DNA from: Intoshia linei
Lineage: Eukaryota; Animalia; Orthonectida
Direction of reading: 5' to 3'
Length of the DNA: 64,000 bases
Assembly (NCBI GenBank): GCA_001642005.1
Contig: LWCA01000048.1
Coordinates: 3,285-67,284, forward strand
The position numbers and the translations under genes are program-made. Every line of letters begins with the position of its first letter. The stretch's first letter is position 1. Below are positions 51,179 through 63,695 of the stretch, in pieces. The notes beneath the pieces were generated by a model. It saw only the letters and a list, made by a program, of their open reading frames with translations. It was not told the origin of the DNA and made no database searches.

Positions 51179-52458
51179 TTATAAGCTTACAAAGTTTTCT
51201 ATATTTCCGTGAACTCGTATTCGGTAAATACACATCCTGTGACTACCATAATTTTCAATAAATTCAATTTTAATGAATTGTGCCATACTAGGAGTCTAAA
51301 TTGTAATTATACTTTAAAATTCAACAAAATTACATAAACAGGAAATAATTGTATTTCGGAACAATTAATTTCATAATGAAATGATCCAATTTTTATATAA
51401 TCATCAATGTAATTGAGTTTACTCTAAAATGCAAAAAGTATAACAATGTAATGTATTAATTACGTAAACGTATCCAAATTTTGGAGCAGTAGTGCGATTA
51501 TTTTGTCTGACAAGTAATTTTGAACTGTGTTCAATACTGATACTCACCACCTCAACTTTTTCAGAAATGGAAATTTCAACAAAAGCATCTTTAGCAACAG
51601 TAATCCAACAATTTCCCGGCTCGACTTTATTCTATAAACGAAATTATACAAATAAAAGCATATAAACATTTAATATTAGAGACGGTGGTTTTTTTGAACA
51701 AAAACTTTTACTACTATCTATTATGTTTCCACCTATAATAAATTTATCAAACATAAATTTAAAATAACCTCTTGATTTTAAAGCGTAATCAGGCATTCCC
51801 AAGTCATGTTTAAAATTGATGTATACGTCGTTGTTACATATTGTTGAATATTCAGAAATTTCATAAGTCTAAAAAAATAAACAAGCTGTTGATAGTTTTT
51901 ACATTTCTTTGATGTAAAAAGTCCGACAATGTTATATTTTGAATATTTTGGCGATTAGATAATATATATAACAATATAAATAAAAATATAACAAAATATT
52001 TGAACCTAAAAATTAAATGCAAATTTTAAAATATTTTAAAAATACTTATAAAACATTATTTGTCCGAGTTGATGTATACTAATGACTACAATATATGGGG
52101 TACTACCTATTTTCTTAATTACTAAATATATACTGTATATAACAATATTATAAAGTATATAGGGTCTTTCCACCTTTTAAAAATTGGACAGCCAACTTTT
52201 AGAATTATCAAAAATTTAAATTTAACGCCAACATTGTCAGAATTACACCGGGACATGAAAAATATAATATGGATGTAAATTTAATTTTTTAGTTAAAACT
52301 AAATAACCGTTTAGTTTAAAATTAAGCATGATGGTTGTAGGACCCTAGCCATTATTACACGGTGCTGTTAATAGCCAAACTGCTTATTTTAAGTTACAAA
52401 ATCGGAAATTGTCACTCACAAACTTCAATCTGTATTTAGAAAGCCGTAATTGTGTCAT
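51179..52458 (-). CDS. Small SUN-domain (Sad1/UNC-84) inner nuclear membrane protein, ~9 exons
   Basis: Absent from the ORF track. Spliced translation: TM KFKYFVIFLFILLYILS; HDLGMPDYALKSRG|GNIIDSSKSFCSKKPPSLILN|NKVEPGNCW...VEISIS...SISIEHSSK...TTAPKFGYVY|...FIKIEFIENYGSHRMCIYRIRVHG. All SUN hallmarks are present (DYAL, PGNCW, EH, APK, N.G, C.YR.RVHG). The 5'-most exons are less certain. Confidence 0.85.
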
Positions 52459-53823
52459 ATTTATGCAACCACAATCAACAAATCCCTACATTCGCCATAT
52501 CTTGAAGGGTGGAATGACAGACATAACAAATAATTTAAATTTTTACAATTTGTTAAAAATAACATTACCATTATTTTGCATCTTGGTTTTGATTATGTTC
52601 TAAAATTTGTTTTATATTAAATTAATACTAAAAAATAAAATTGAACAATGACATTATTAATTAATTTACGAAAATAAAAATACAGTATTGAATACTGTAA
52701 ATTTTATTTTATGACCTATTAATAAAATCTTTGAATCGGTTACTCTTTAAAATTCAAAATAAAGAACACCATAATTCACAAATGCCTGATTTTCTAAATG
52801 CACATTAGAGATTTGAGATCGTAGATTCAACTTTATAAACATTGTAATAAAGTGTCATATAATTCTATTGACTAAATTGATAGTTAAAATTTACAAATTG
52901 AAAAATAATGAATATGACATATTTTTATGTGAAGGCCGCACCTGGCAATAAGACCGTACGTTCTCCACCCCTGGACTAGACTGAATAAGAAAACAAGATA
53001 AACTGTTTACAAATCAGAGGAACTAAAGTTATAAGAAAACGTATTGCACAACAATCTATTAATCAAAAAAATTATAAAAATGATGTAGATAATACAATAT
53101 TAAAATAATACAATGTAACTTGCTATGTGTCTCACACAGATACCCAAAACGAAACAAATATTATTTTTCAAAAAAAATACATGGATATTAAGTCATAATT
53201 CACCATTATTTTAACTGAGTTTTGTTTAAGAAAAAGGTAAATATGAATCACAAATCTAGTTTAAATTATACCCTTTAAAAAAAAGTTGTGATTAATAAAA
53301 AACGACTTTTTGAATATAATATTGAATAGAGAATTTACTATTTCGGTTATTTCTTTTAGGTAGTGGTTGGTTTTAATTTGTTCCATCTTTTTATTTATTA
53401 ACATTGATTTGCAAATATTTCAGTTATATGATACTTTTCGAATTAATTTATTTTAATATTTTGTATTTCAATTTAAAAACATTGCATTAAACTTTATTAA
53501 TTAATTTATGTACATTCAATATTCTGATTGTCAATAATTAATTAATTGCGTATAAATAATTGTTGTGTCGCAAAACAGCGACATTTAAGAATTTACTCAA
53601 AAATTTATGATCTCTTTTTCCTCTACTCTTCCTTAGTACTTTTCTATCAACCAAATTTCAGCGGCATCCACTGTATTGAAGCTTATTAACAATATACGTA
53701 AAATAATAATGGACTTCTAGTTAAATCCAACCATTTTTACTAAAAATCAAAATTTACCCACTCTAAACAAATCCAATTTTATCGAATTGTAGATCCTTAC
53801 TAAGGATCTACTATATACTAAAA

Positions 53824-54690
53824 TCCTCACTTATATAATATGCTATAATATAATATATATTTGTTGGTGTGTGTGTGTTACCATTTATGTCAATAACTAC
53901 TAGTATTAAAATTTTATAAAGTCCACATTTCAATAACGGTTTTTCTGGGGTTGTTGGCAAAATTTCAACCTCCCAACCTCACATTTTTCAGGTCAAAAAG
54001 CCCAATTATCCTTTTTTTTTAAAAATCAAACGAGTTAAAGAATTTTAAAAAATATATACTCTGATACGGATTTTAAAATCATAAATATTATTATAAATTT
54101 AAACTTAAAAAAAATATATATTCAGGGCCAAAACCACAAATTACTCTTTTTTTTATGAAAACAGCCCTAGAATTTAAAAAAATTACAAGTGATACAGTTG
54201 TATCCTGTTAACAAACACAAAAAATTTCAATTTGAATAAGTGACGCCTTCATGGTCAAAAAAGCATTTTAATATTCATATATTTCTTTTCCGAAATATTT
54301 TATTAAAACAAAAAATGAGAAATAATTAACGTGTAACGATTGGCAGATAAGAACTCTGATAAGTTCATCTTATATAAAAAGACGTCAAACCTCGATTCGA
54401 ACCTAGTCACGAAAAATACAATTACATGACTATAACCACTCTACTAGTTAAACATCAGAAGTGAGTTATAACAAAAGTATATATTCAAATCTCGATTAGT
54501 ATGATAGCGATATGTCACTACGTAACGGTCCGAAAATTAAAAAAATAAGATTATTCTGATAAGCTTATTCCAGTTAATATAAATACAATATTTCAACCTC
54601 GGAAATCAACGTATTCCCGGTGAAAAATAATTTTTAATATATTATAACCCAATATTTTTCAAATATTTCGATTAAAATAAAAATTTAAAA
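53824..54690 (+). mobile_element. Helitron copy interrupted by a solo-LTR-like insertion
   Basis: A|TCCTCACTTATATAATATG start; collinear with the other copies except for 54332-54522. Confidence 0.75.
54332..54522. mobile_element. Solo-LTR-like 191-bp insertion with a 5-bp TSD
   Basis: Other Helitron copies read AATTAACGGT at this site; here TAACG|TGTAACGA...TCACTACG|TAACG. Ends are TG...CG (one change from CA); internal TATATAAAA. Confidence 0.65.
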
Positions 54691-55479
54691 ATCAATTTTT
54701 TTGTTTTATTTGAAACTTGACATTTTGGTCATTTATCTGTAGAGTAAGACGTAAATCTAAAAAATACATATCTCGTGTATAATAATATATCCTGCATTGT
54801 TACGTTAATCTGTACTGTATACTGTACGACTTATCCATGAGATGTGTACATTCTACGACTTGCCCGTGGAATGTGTACATTTCACAGTTGTACACATTCT
54901 ATGCAACATATATAACCGTGTTAATTTATTTCTGTGATACATTAAATGTGCTATAATTATGAAACTACAGGCGTTAAAAGGAGATTTTAATATAGTTATT
55001 AAGTTGAATCTTAAGTTGAAATTATCAAGTTGAATTTTTGAAGGTCAATTTGACGAAGAAATTTGATAATTAAAAAAGTTAAAAATCACTGATATTAATT
55101 ACATTGTATTAAATTTGTACGGTTCAGCGTATTAGTGTTTTTTGGCAGTTCAATCGCTCAATTTCTCAAAATTTGGGCTAAGTCTTACATATATTGTATA
55201 TGTTGCATAAACTGAGCAAATGTAAACCTTAGATTTCAAACATAAACGTGTCATATATTAATATTACTATGAAAAATTATGTCGATTATTGTATATTCTC
55301 ATATTTTGAATAATTGTGTTTAAAAATTAATGTGATTATTATTTAACACTGAAGTCCAATGTACAATTTTAAAATATTTAAAGTAATATAAAAAATTACC
55401 CGTTTTATCCAAATTTTACAATTAATTTTGTTATCCTTATCTATTATAAATTGCGCCGCATTATGTATTTATGAATAGA

Positions 55480-55890
55480 GTATGTATCATGGTAATCTAT
55501 GGCGCAAAAATTTGCAATTCAAAGTTTGAATTTCAAACAGGTAATATTGATAATAAACATGGTTCTTGAAATATTTAACTACAAAATGGGCACTGCCATT
55601 GTGCAGTTCTCAACGATTTTTTAGCAACATGGGTTAATCAACAGATAACTTGACAAATTACTGTACCTACTAAACGCAAGACGATTACACACTGTATTAT
55701 ACAATGTACAGTGACACTTGTGGACAGAATTACAGAATATAGAAATGGTATTTTTCATTAAATTTATGGGGCAAATTTCTTTCATTGGTTCAATTTTAAT
55801 GAAAGTAAAATTTATTTTTGGAACAGGACCATTTGTTTGTAAATGATACGATTCCAAATATGTCCAACAAACCATTTTAAAAATTTATGT
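55480..55890 (+). pseudogene. Possible decayed DNA-transposase fragment (Sola-like)
   Basis: Frame-broken motifs MYSDTCGQNYR and FLEQDH / YDS resemble SDxCxGQN and FLxxGH..CDS; multiple stops. Confidence 0.3.
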
Positions 55891-56089
55891 ATGCCTTATC
55901 TGTTTACTTAAAAGTTTATTTAAATATATTAATCTAAAATGAAATCAGACTGCAAAGAAGATACATCAAGTACCAATTCTGAGAGTACGTATCTATATCA
56001 AAGATATATGAAAAGAATATTCCCTTGTGACTATAAAAAGGAACAATTGTAATCTGAAAAATTAATATCAAATGAAAAAATAATTAAAA

Positions 56090-59000
56090 ATGAATAAATT
56101 TAGAAATCTTAATGTCAAATTTATAAAACGTTTATGTTTAGCATTTCGTTTAGTGATGAACAGGAGAATAATGTTTATTATTGTTGCTTGTATAATTGTT
56201 GGATTCTATTGTAATTTTAAAGCATTTACTTTTTTATACATCAATGTCTTCTAGCTGAAGGAGTTCAGTATTTTGCTGGTAAATTATCAAGTCAATTTTA
56301 TCAACTTTTACTTGAACGTGAACCTGCTCGAAATTTTGTGTTACTCGTTTTAAAGGGACTGTTTATTGTCATAATTACTGCTTTTGTATTATTATTTTTT
56401 TATAAATATAATTTATACTTTAAAAAAAGACAATATCAGTTAAAGACGCTTTAAAGAGTGTACTCCACATTTATATAAGAAATGACCTTACCCAAAAGAT
56501 ACAAGACAAATATTTAACCAACAAATCTATTTATTTAATAAATTCTCAATTAATTAATCATGAAATTGATAACCCGTAATTTTAAAAATTAATATATTAA
56601 AATTTTATAGGGATGAACGAATTACTAAAGAAATTAATAATGCAGCAGAAACTATTTCCTCATTAATTCCAATTTTTATTATTCAACCATTTTCAATTGT
56701 ATATTATGCATACATTAATACTATGAGGTATTTAATTTACAATAATCATTTTTAAAAATATTGATTTATATTGTATCGATAATTTAACATACTTTATTAT
56801 ATACTAGATTGACTGTTATGTACTACGTACAAACAGCACCTAGCTCTGCAGAAGGAACATTTTTATTATTATTCTACCAAAAAAATCAATTCATGTTGAA
56901 AATCTAACTTAAAAATCCTACTATTTATTATTATCAATCCTTTAAAGGAGTGGTTCCCAAACTTGTTTCAGATGGAATCGTCATATCACATTACTTTTTT
57001 TTTTAAAGTGAATTATTTTATCTTAATTTTTTGTTTGTTAACATTTGCGTAAAGAATTTTTAAAACAATTGTTATCCCATTTTTTTAATTTATTAGACAG
57101 AATGTGTGTATAATATTAAAAATAAAGTAAAAACAGTCCAATCCTAAAAATTGTCATAAATTCTAGAAAAAATATAATTATAAAAACCTATTTTGTCATT
57201 TTCAAAATGATGATATATATTTAGTAACAATTGCATAAATACTTAAAAATACCAATTATGTATCAATAATTAACGGAATCTTCACTTTATAAATATATTT
57301 TATTCGAATTTTACCAATATTGCAAAGGATTGTAATAAATACAAAAATGATAATAACAAAGATGTATTACTTTTAGTAATCGTTGTTGTAGTTTTAATTT
57401 AAATTTTATATAAAGTGTTTTGAAAATGAGAATTTGAAATTTAAAAATTGTGTAGCAATGACGTTCAATGCACATTTGTTTTGAAATTGTAAGATCAATA
57501 TTTACATTTTCAATTTTTATTTTAATCGAAATATTTGAAAAATATTGGTTGAATATATTATAAAATTATTTTATACCGGGAATGCGTATATTTTTGGGGT
57601 TGAAATTTTGTATTTATATCAACTAGAATAAGCTCTATCAGAATAATCTCTTTTTTTTTTAATTTTCGGATTGTTAATTATTTCACATTTTTTGTTTTAT
57701 TAAAATGTTTCGGAAAAAAATATATGAATACTAAAATGCTTTTTTGACCGTGAAGGCGTCACTTATTCAGATTTAAATTTATCTTACTAAAACCCACAAA
57801 AAACTGTAATATAAATGTGGACTTTAAAAGATTCTAATACTGGTAGTTATTGAAATAAATGATAACACACACAGACAAACAAAGCATATTATATAAGTAA
57901 GGATTATATACATTTTAAAATTAGCAACGGAATCGTAATAACTTCAATTATTTTCTGTTACTCAGTCGTATGTTTACTTTTATCAAAATGGATGATGAAC
58001 TCAATTTCAATATATACCAATAAATATGAAAAAGAAGAATCCATATTTAGGTATATTCAAAATTTTTTTAATTTATTTCATTTGACATTTCAATTTTATA
58101 TGCTATTTTATAATTTAATTTGTATTTGTACAATAAGTATTATTCGCATATATTCATATTATTATGTGCATTATTATTAAATTTCAAATTAATTTTAGAA
58201 ATGATCACATGAATGTAAAAAGTCGGTTTGAGCAAATTGTTTTTTTACGTGGTTCATGCAGAGAACTTGATATTTGCAATACTTCGTTAAATGCAGTTTT
58301 ATACAGACAGGAATCGCTAAAACTTAGAATGTTTTTATTGTTTTGTAATTTATTTATACCTCCATATACATGTATATTAATATTTATACATAGTGTATAT
58401 ATTATATATTATAATATATTATATTATCTTATATTATATATTTATAATATACCTTTATATATTAAATAATAATTTTTAATAAAATTTCAACTAAATGATT
58501 TAACATAATTAATGTTTAAATTAATAATATTACATTTGTTAACCTCTTTTATAATTAGTTTGTATATCTTGTTATTAATTTACATTTTTATATAGGGTTC
58601 AACACGACGTGTTCATATATTGGGAGTTTACTCAATTACATAATTATTGGCTACTCAATATATGGTTTAAATATGTACAGCAATGTGTCAAATAGTAAAA
58701 TCGCTTCTGATATTAGCTATGTAATGTATTATAAAATATGATTAATTGTATTCATAATTGAGTCAGTGTAACCCAAATCTTTTTGCGGCAGAATTTTGAA
58801 TATATAGATCCCATGAACGATAAAATAAATCATAAATTGTAAATGCGGTGAATATTGAAGTTTCATTTGATTCACGATATTACTCTGCAACCAATAGAAA
58901 TCAAAATTTGCATGGACCCAAATAGGTTCCTTATACACAGGGGTTCGTAAGGGACGAATTAGATACCCTGACGTAAATATTACTTACTATTTAGCTATCA

Positions 59001-62000
59001 TTCATGCTTTTGATGCTTATATATAAAGTAACCTCGTTCTTAAGTCACACAATGAATATTTCAGAATTATCTGGTCGTATTCATAGGTAATAATGTTTTT
59101 TTATTTAAGTACATATTATGTTCATTTGTTTAAAGCTTATTATCTAGAATTTTTCAACTATACGAATTTATTCTGAACAATGAAATGATGGAATTTAATC
59201 AAAGTCAAGGCGGGTTTTGTTTTTATAATCTAATTTAATAATATTTTTAATATTATACTAACATTCAAAGAAAAATCATATAATTTACATTGTATTTTGA
59301 TATTTTCTTAGTTTTATATTAGTATCCAAATAACATTGAAGCTGACAGATAAAATATCCTTTAATGCCAATTGTACAAACAGTTACATTTTTATTAAAGG
59401 TAATACAAATAATAACAATAATAATTTACATTGTGTAAAGTGTACTTACAGTGTACACTGTACAATGTATGTGTATCCAGTGTTTTTTAAACATATTGAA
59501 GCTTTTAGACCATATTTTATTATAATGTATTTTATGTTAATTTGAGGTGCGCACCTCACAGTTAGTCTATGCATAGGGATTTTACTATTTTGTCATTTAT
59601 ATATTTAAACAATTTTGTGTACCAACAAACCGATGGCAGATCAATATTTTCTTCAGGTCTCCAAGAAACGTTTTGTAAAATGGCCCCTCATTTTTCCAAA
59701 TTGAGTACATTGTTAATTTGTATTTTAAAAAATTGAATTTTCGACCATCATAAATGTTTTGTGCATCAAATTTAATTTGTCAAGTCCAGGTCCGTGGAGA
59801 GGTGGCTCGGATCAAATGGAATTGCGCATAATTTGACAAAAAAAATTAGACATTCATTTTGATTTTTTCATGAGCCTCGAGTATGATATGTTCGACTCTG
59901 ATGGATGTTATACTTTTTTATTGACCATTAAAATATCTGTTTGAATCACACAAATTACTATTTTCACGTTTTATCATTATCAAATCTTTAGTTCATAAAG
60001 TGATTTAGAAATTTTTTAAGAGGGTCAGTGAAACATTTTTGTAAAAGTTTTGGTCTGTGGAGTTTAAGCTCAATAACCATTGCATATAGAAAAAACCCTA
60101 CCATGCATACGGTTTCAAAATCTCTGATATACTAAAAAGTATTCTTATTTATATAAACCTTACATTTTTTTGCATATTTATTAATATTAATTTAATGCAA
60201 TTTAAAAAATTTTATATATTATTTTCATATCAATCTATATAGATAAAAAAAAAGATTTTCACCGAATAAATGAAAATATTATATTTAATTTGAATGTAAT
60301 TAATGGTATTGTTATCATTGGGCCAAATGGTGTTGGAAAAACAACACTGTTCAGAAAATTTGCTAAAATGTATCCAACAATTGCTGATATACCTTCACAA
60401 TCAACCCTCAGTGTTTTTTTGCCACAAAATCCATACTTGTGTAAAGGTTCATTAATTAATCAGGTAATCATACGCGTGTTTTTTACATGTGTTCATAATT
60501 ATAATTAAATATGTAATTAATTAGATAACATATCCTATAAAAATTGAGGATATGAAATACAAAAATGATGCCAGTAATTTTTTTAACTGCATACTGTAAT
60601 ATAGCGGTATCCAAATGGAGTACTGGAATCACTAAGGGGTACCAGCTCGTATGATACTATGAATCATAAATTATAGATATTTTTTAAATTCCTAAAAATA
60701 ATAGAAAATAAAAATTAATTAAAAATAAAAATTAAAATGTAACATTTATGTTTAAACAGAACTATTAGCGTCGATTTCCACGTCCATTCAATTTTGATCA
60801 ACATAGATACGTAAAATGAAATTGTATACGTTTGTTGGAATTAAATGCAAAAAAAGAAATAAATTATTAGATCCTATTAATATAAGTAAATTAAGATATA
60901 TTAGATTATAATCAAAATTATGATTTAATTAAATTAAGGCAGCGTTCCCAATCTAAGTGGCGTGAGATATTTGATTTTTTTTAACCGATTTTGTCAGATA
61001 GTGTAGTATTCCGCACTGTTGAAAAATTACAAAATAATTTTTTTGAATGTTGAAGCTGAAAAAAAATTTTGCAAAAAATAAAAGCACCATTAATAATATC
61101 AATATGCTAACATTAGAATTATCACAATAGCAACCATTATCAAAGTGTTGCCTTCGGCATTTTGTGACCCTTGTGGAAAATTTTGTGATTAGTGATAAAT
61201 TCTATTAAATAGAGTACAACATAATATAATACAGTATTTATTTTTGATATAATTATGCTATGAAATTATAATGTAAACATTTAAATATAACATTAATTAA
61301 ATTTCATTACAAGTATTTTTAAAAGTTTTTTCGATATTTATTTAAAAATATCAAGTAATTCGTCGTAATAAAATATCTATTAGTAAAAATTTTTCTAAGA
61401 ATGGCAGAAATCAATTTTTCCAAATAAAATATTCAAAAAATATTAAAAAAATATGTGACATATTACATTTATTATTATTAATTACATATATACGGTCGAA
61501 TTTGTCCAAATAGTATATTGCCTAAATATGCTTTAAATTATTTTTCATCACATATCATTTATTAAAATATAAATTTGTGAACCCCTACAATTTGAAAAAA
61601 TAATTAATTCATTACTAAGAAAGCTAAACACATATTTAATTTTTCTACATAAGTTTTATCTCGCCTGATATCGACTTATATTATGTATAAAACTTATATT
61701 AATAATTTTGCATTAATTGTTCTAGTCAATGAAATTCGTCAAATTATTGAATTTACAAATCTAACAACTTTGTTTAATAAATGGAGAAAAAGTAAAAATG
61801 AAAAATGGTATAATTTGATAAAATTTAGATTCAAATAGTCGCCGGTGCCGATTTGGTACCTATGGAACACTGACTTTTTAAAAAAAGTTATCAAATTTTT
61901 TTTTAAAAGTTTTTTCTGGAGATAATTAATTTTACCCCATGTTTCTAAATTTAGCTCTACGTTAACCAGTTACATAACGCGACATTTAACGGTTTTTTGG

Positions 62001-62671
62001 TGAATAACAATTTTTTGTAAAGCAGTGTCCTAGCATTGGTCCTTATCTTCATAATCTCGTTTGATTTTCTGAAGAATACTATATACAATGTATATTATAC
62101 ATTGTATAATGATGATTATAGAAATAATTTGTAAACATAATATAACATTAAATTGTTAATAATAATATTTACATGTTAAATAAAATTGGTATTATAAAAA
62201 TTAGACGGAACACTGATCAATGGTGACGATTTAAATATAATCAAATTTTATGTCTAATTTTCCTAATTTCCATTTTTCTAAATTTCAATTTAATCTTAAG
62301 AAAGCACGTGACACGTTTCTTTACAAAACAGAATTAATGTGTAGCTTATCTATAATTAACAAATAATTATTAGCAATTTAGGATAAATATACTATCTCGA
62401 GGAGAAGTACAACTATTATCTATATGCCGAATATTTTTTCATCAACCGAAAATAGCATGTATGATTATTTTATAAATTATTCATATATGAAAATAAATTG
62501 AAATTAGTTTTGGACGAAAGTTTCAATAGTATTGAGCACAATCTAGCCATAAATCTTTTAACACGACTAATGAAAAACAAGAATAAAACATATCCTAAAA
62601 TTGTTTTAATTACTCAAAGTCACGAATATGCTCATCTTTTTAGTCATGTTATTAAAATATCAGCTATATAA
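56090..62671 (+). CDS. ABCD4: ABC transporter D family member 4 (lysosomal cobalamin exporter), ~14 exons
   Basis: LNVKFIKRL; YFAGKLSSQFY; IDNP|DERITKEI; IIQPFSIVYYAY; KEESIFR|NDHMNVKSRFEQIVF; YIGSLLNYIII; ELSGRIHR; Walker A GPNGVGKT; FLPQNPY...GSLINQITYP; LSRGEVQ; FHQPKIAFLDES. Confidence 0.88.
56804..57903 (-). mobile_element. Non-autonomous Helitron with both termini intact (1.1 kb) in an ABCD4 intron
   Basis: Minus strand reads A|TCCTTACTTATATAATATG ... CTGTTTGTAC-GTA-GTACATAACAG-TCAAT-CTAG|T: 5'-TC, subterminal hairpin, 3'-CTAG, inserted between A and T. Confidence 0.85.
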
Positions 62672-62780
62672 ATTTATAATTTAAACTTATACTGTAATAT
62701 TTGTGTTTATTCTATAAATCAAATATACTATGAGAATATTACATTTATTATATGGTAAATAAAAAATATATAATTTGATT

Positions 62781-63360
62781 ATGAAGAAATTAATTCAATT
62801 TTTTTTTGTTTCGGGTATTGTATGTATAATAATTGTAATTATCGGAACATTTTACATTTCAGAATATTATGACCATACACATTAAAAATGATTTTCAACA
62901 CATTTCAAACAACAATTTTGATATGATTAGTATTCCATTTACCACAAAACGTGTCAGTCTATTAATTTATAGACCCAAAGCTAAGGTTAAATATTTTGAA
63001 ACTAAAGAAATTTTACGATTGTTTCAGACACAAAGTATAAAAAAGGTAATTGATATATATTTTCCTAAAATTAACATTGAATATACTATGAATTTTGAAA
63101 ATGAAGCAAAGAATTGTTGTTTTAAAAATTTTAATTTTTCTCTTAAATCACAATCAGTTTTTTCACAACCGTCGAATGTACACATATTTCCACATATTTC
63201 ATTGAAAGAATATTACTCTTATGGGCAAGCACATACATTTGTTAAATCAGATTTGAACAAAGAAATTCATATTAATTCAGCATTTTTTGCATTAATTCTT
63301 TATAAAACAAAACATAATGAAACAATTGTTCTTTTGACGAAATATATTGATTCTCCTTAA
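62781..63360 (+). CDS. Divergent serpin-like protein: C-terminal half only, probable signal peptide
   Basis: ORF 62869-63360 shows serpin patterns (DMISIPF...SLLIYRP; IDIYFPKINIEY; HISLKE; IHINSAFFALI...IVLLTKYIDSP*). The hydrophobic leader MKKLIQFFFVSGI(VCIII) from 62781 can splice in phase 0 to TTTCAG|AAT at 62863. Confidence 0.6.
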
Positions 63361-63459
63361 TAAATTATTTATTTTTAAATTGAATCAAATGGGTGTTTAT
63401 CTTTATTGTTTTTCGAGTGTATGCAATGTATGATATACATATTCTTGAATATACTATGA

Positions 63460-63695
63460 CAGTGCCGATCTACCGTACCGAGACATCTCTTCGGGGCCTC
63501 AATGAAATTATTGTAAAATGGGGTCTGATTTTTCCTAATTGAGAATTAAATAAATTATATTCTTGAATATCGTAACTATTTTATATGTGTTATGTTTAAA
63601 ATTTCAAATCAAAAACCGTAGAGATGTGGTTGGAGCCATATGAACCTATTTTCAATTTTCGTACTCGAGCCTCAAACCGGACAGGTTCGGCACTG
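63460..63695. mobile_element. hAT-like MITE
   Basis: TIR CAGTGCCGATCTAC / AGGTTCGGCACTG; a related left end occurs at 40626. Confidence 0.65.

Noticed and set aside
54384-54453. Functional tRNA gene
   Set aside because: The anticodon and T stems do not pair; reported only as tRNA-like.
54826-54882. Two ~29-bp direct repeats, CRISPR-like at first glance
   Set aside because: Adjacent, no spacer, only two units, eukaryotic context.
55939-56052. 37-aa ORF just upstream of ABCD4
   Set aside because: No homology or splice support; cannot be distinguished from chance.
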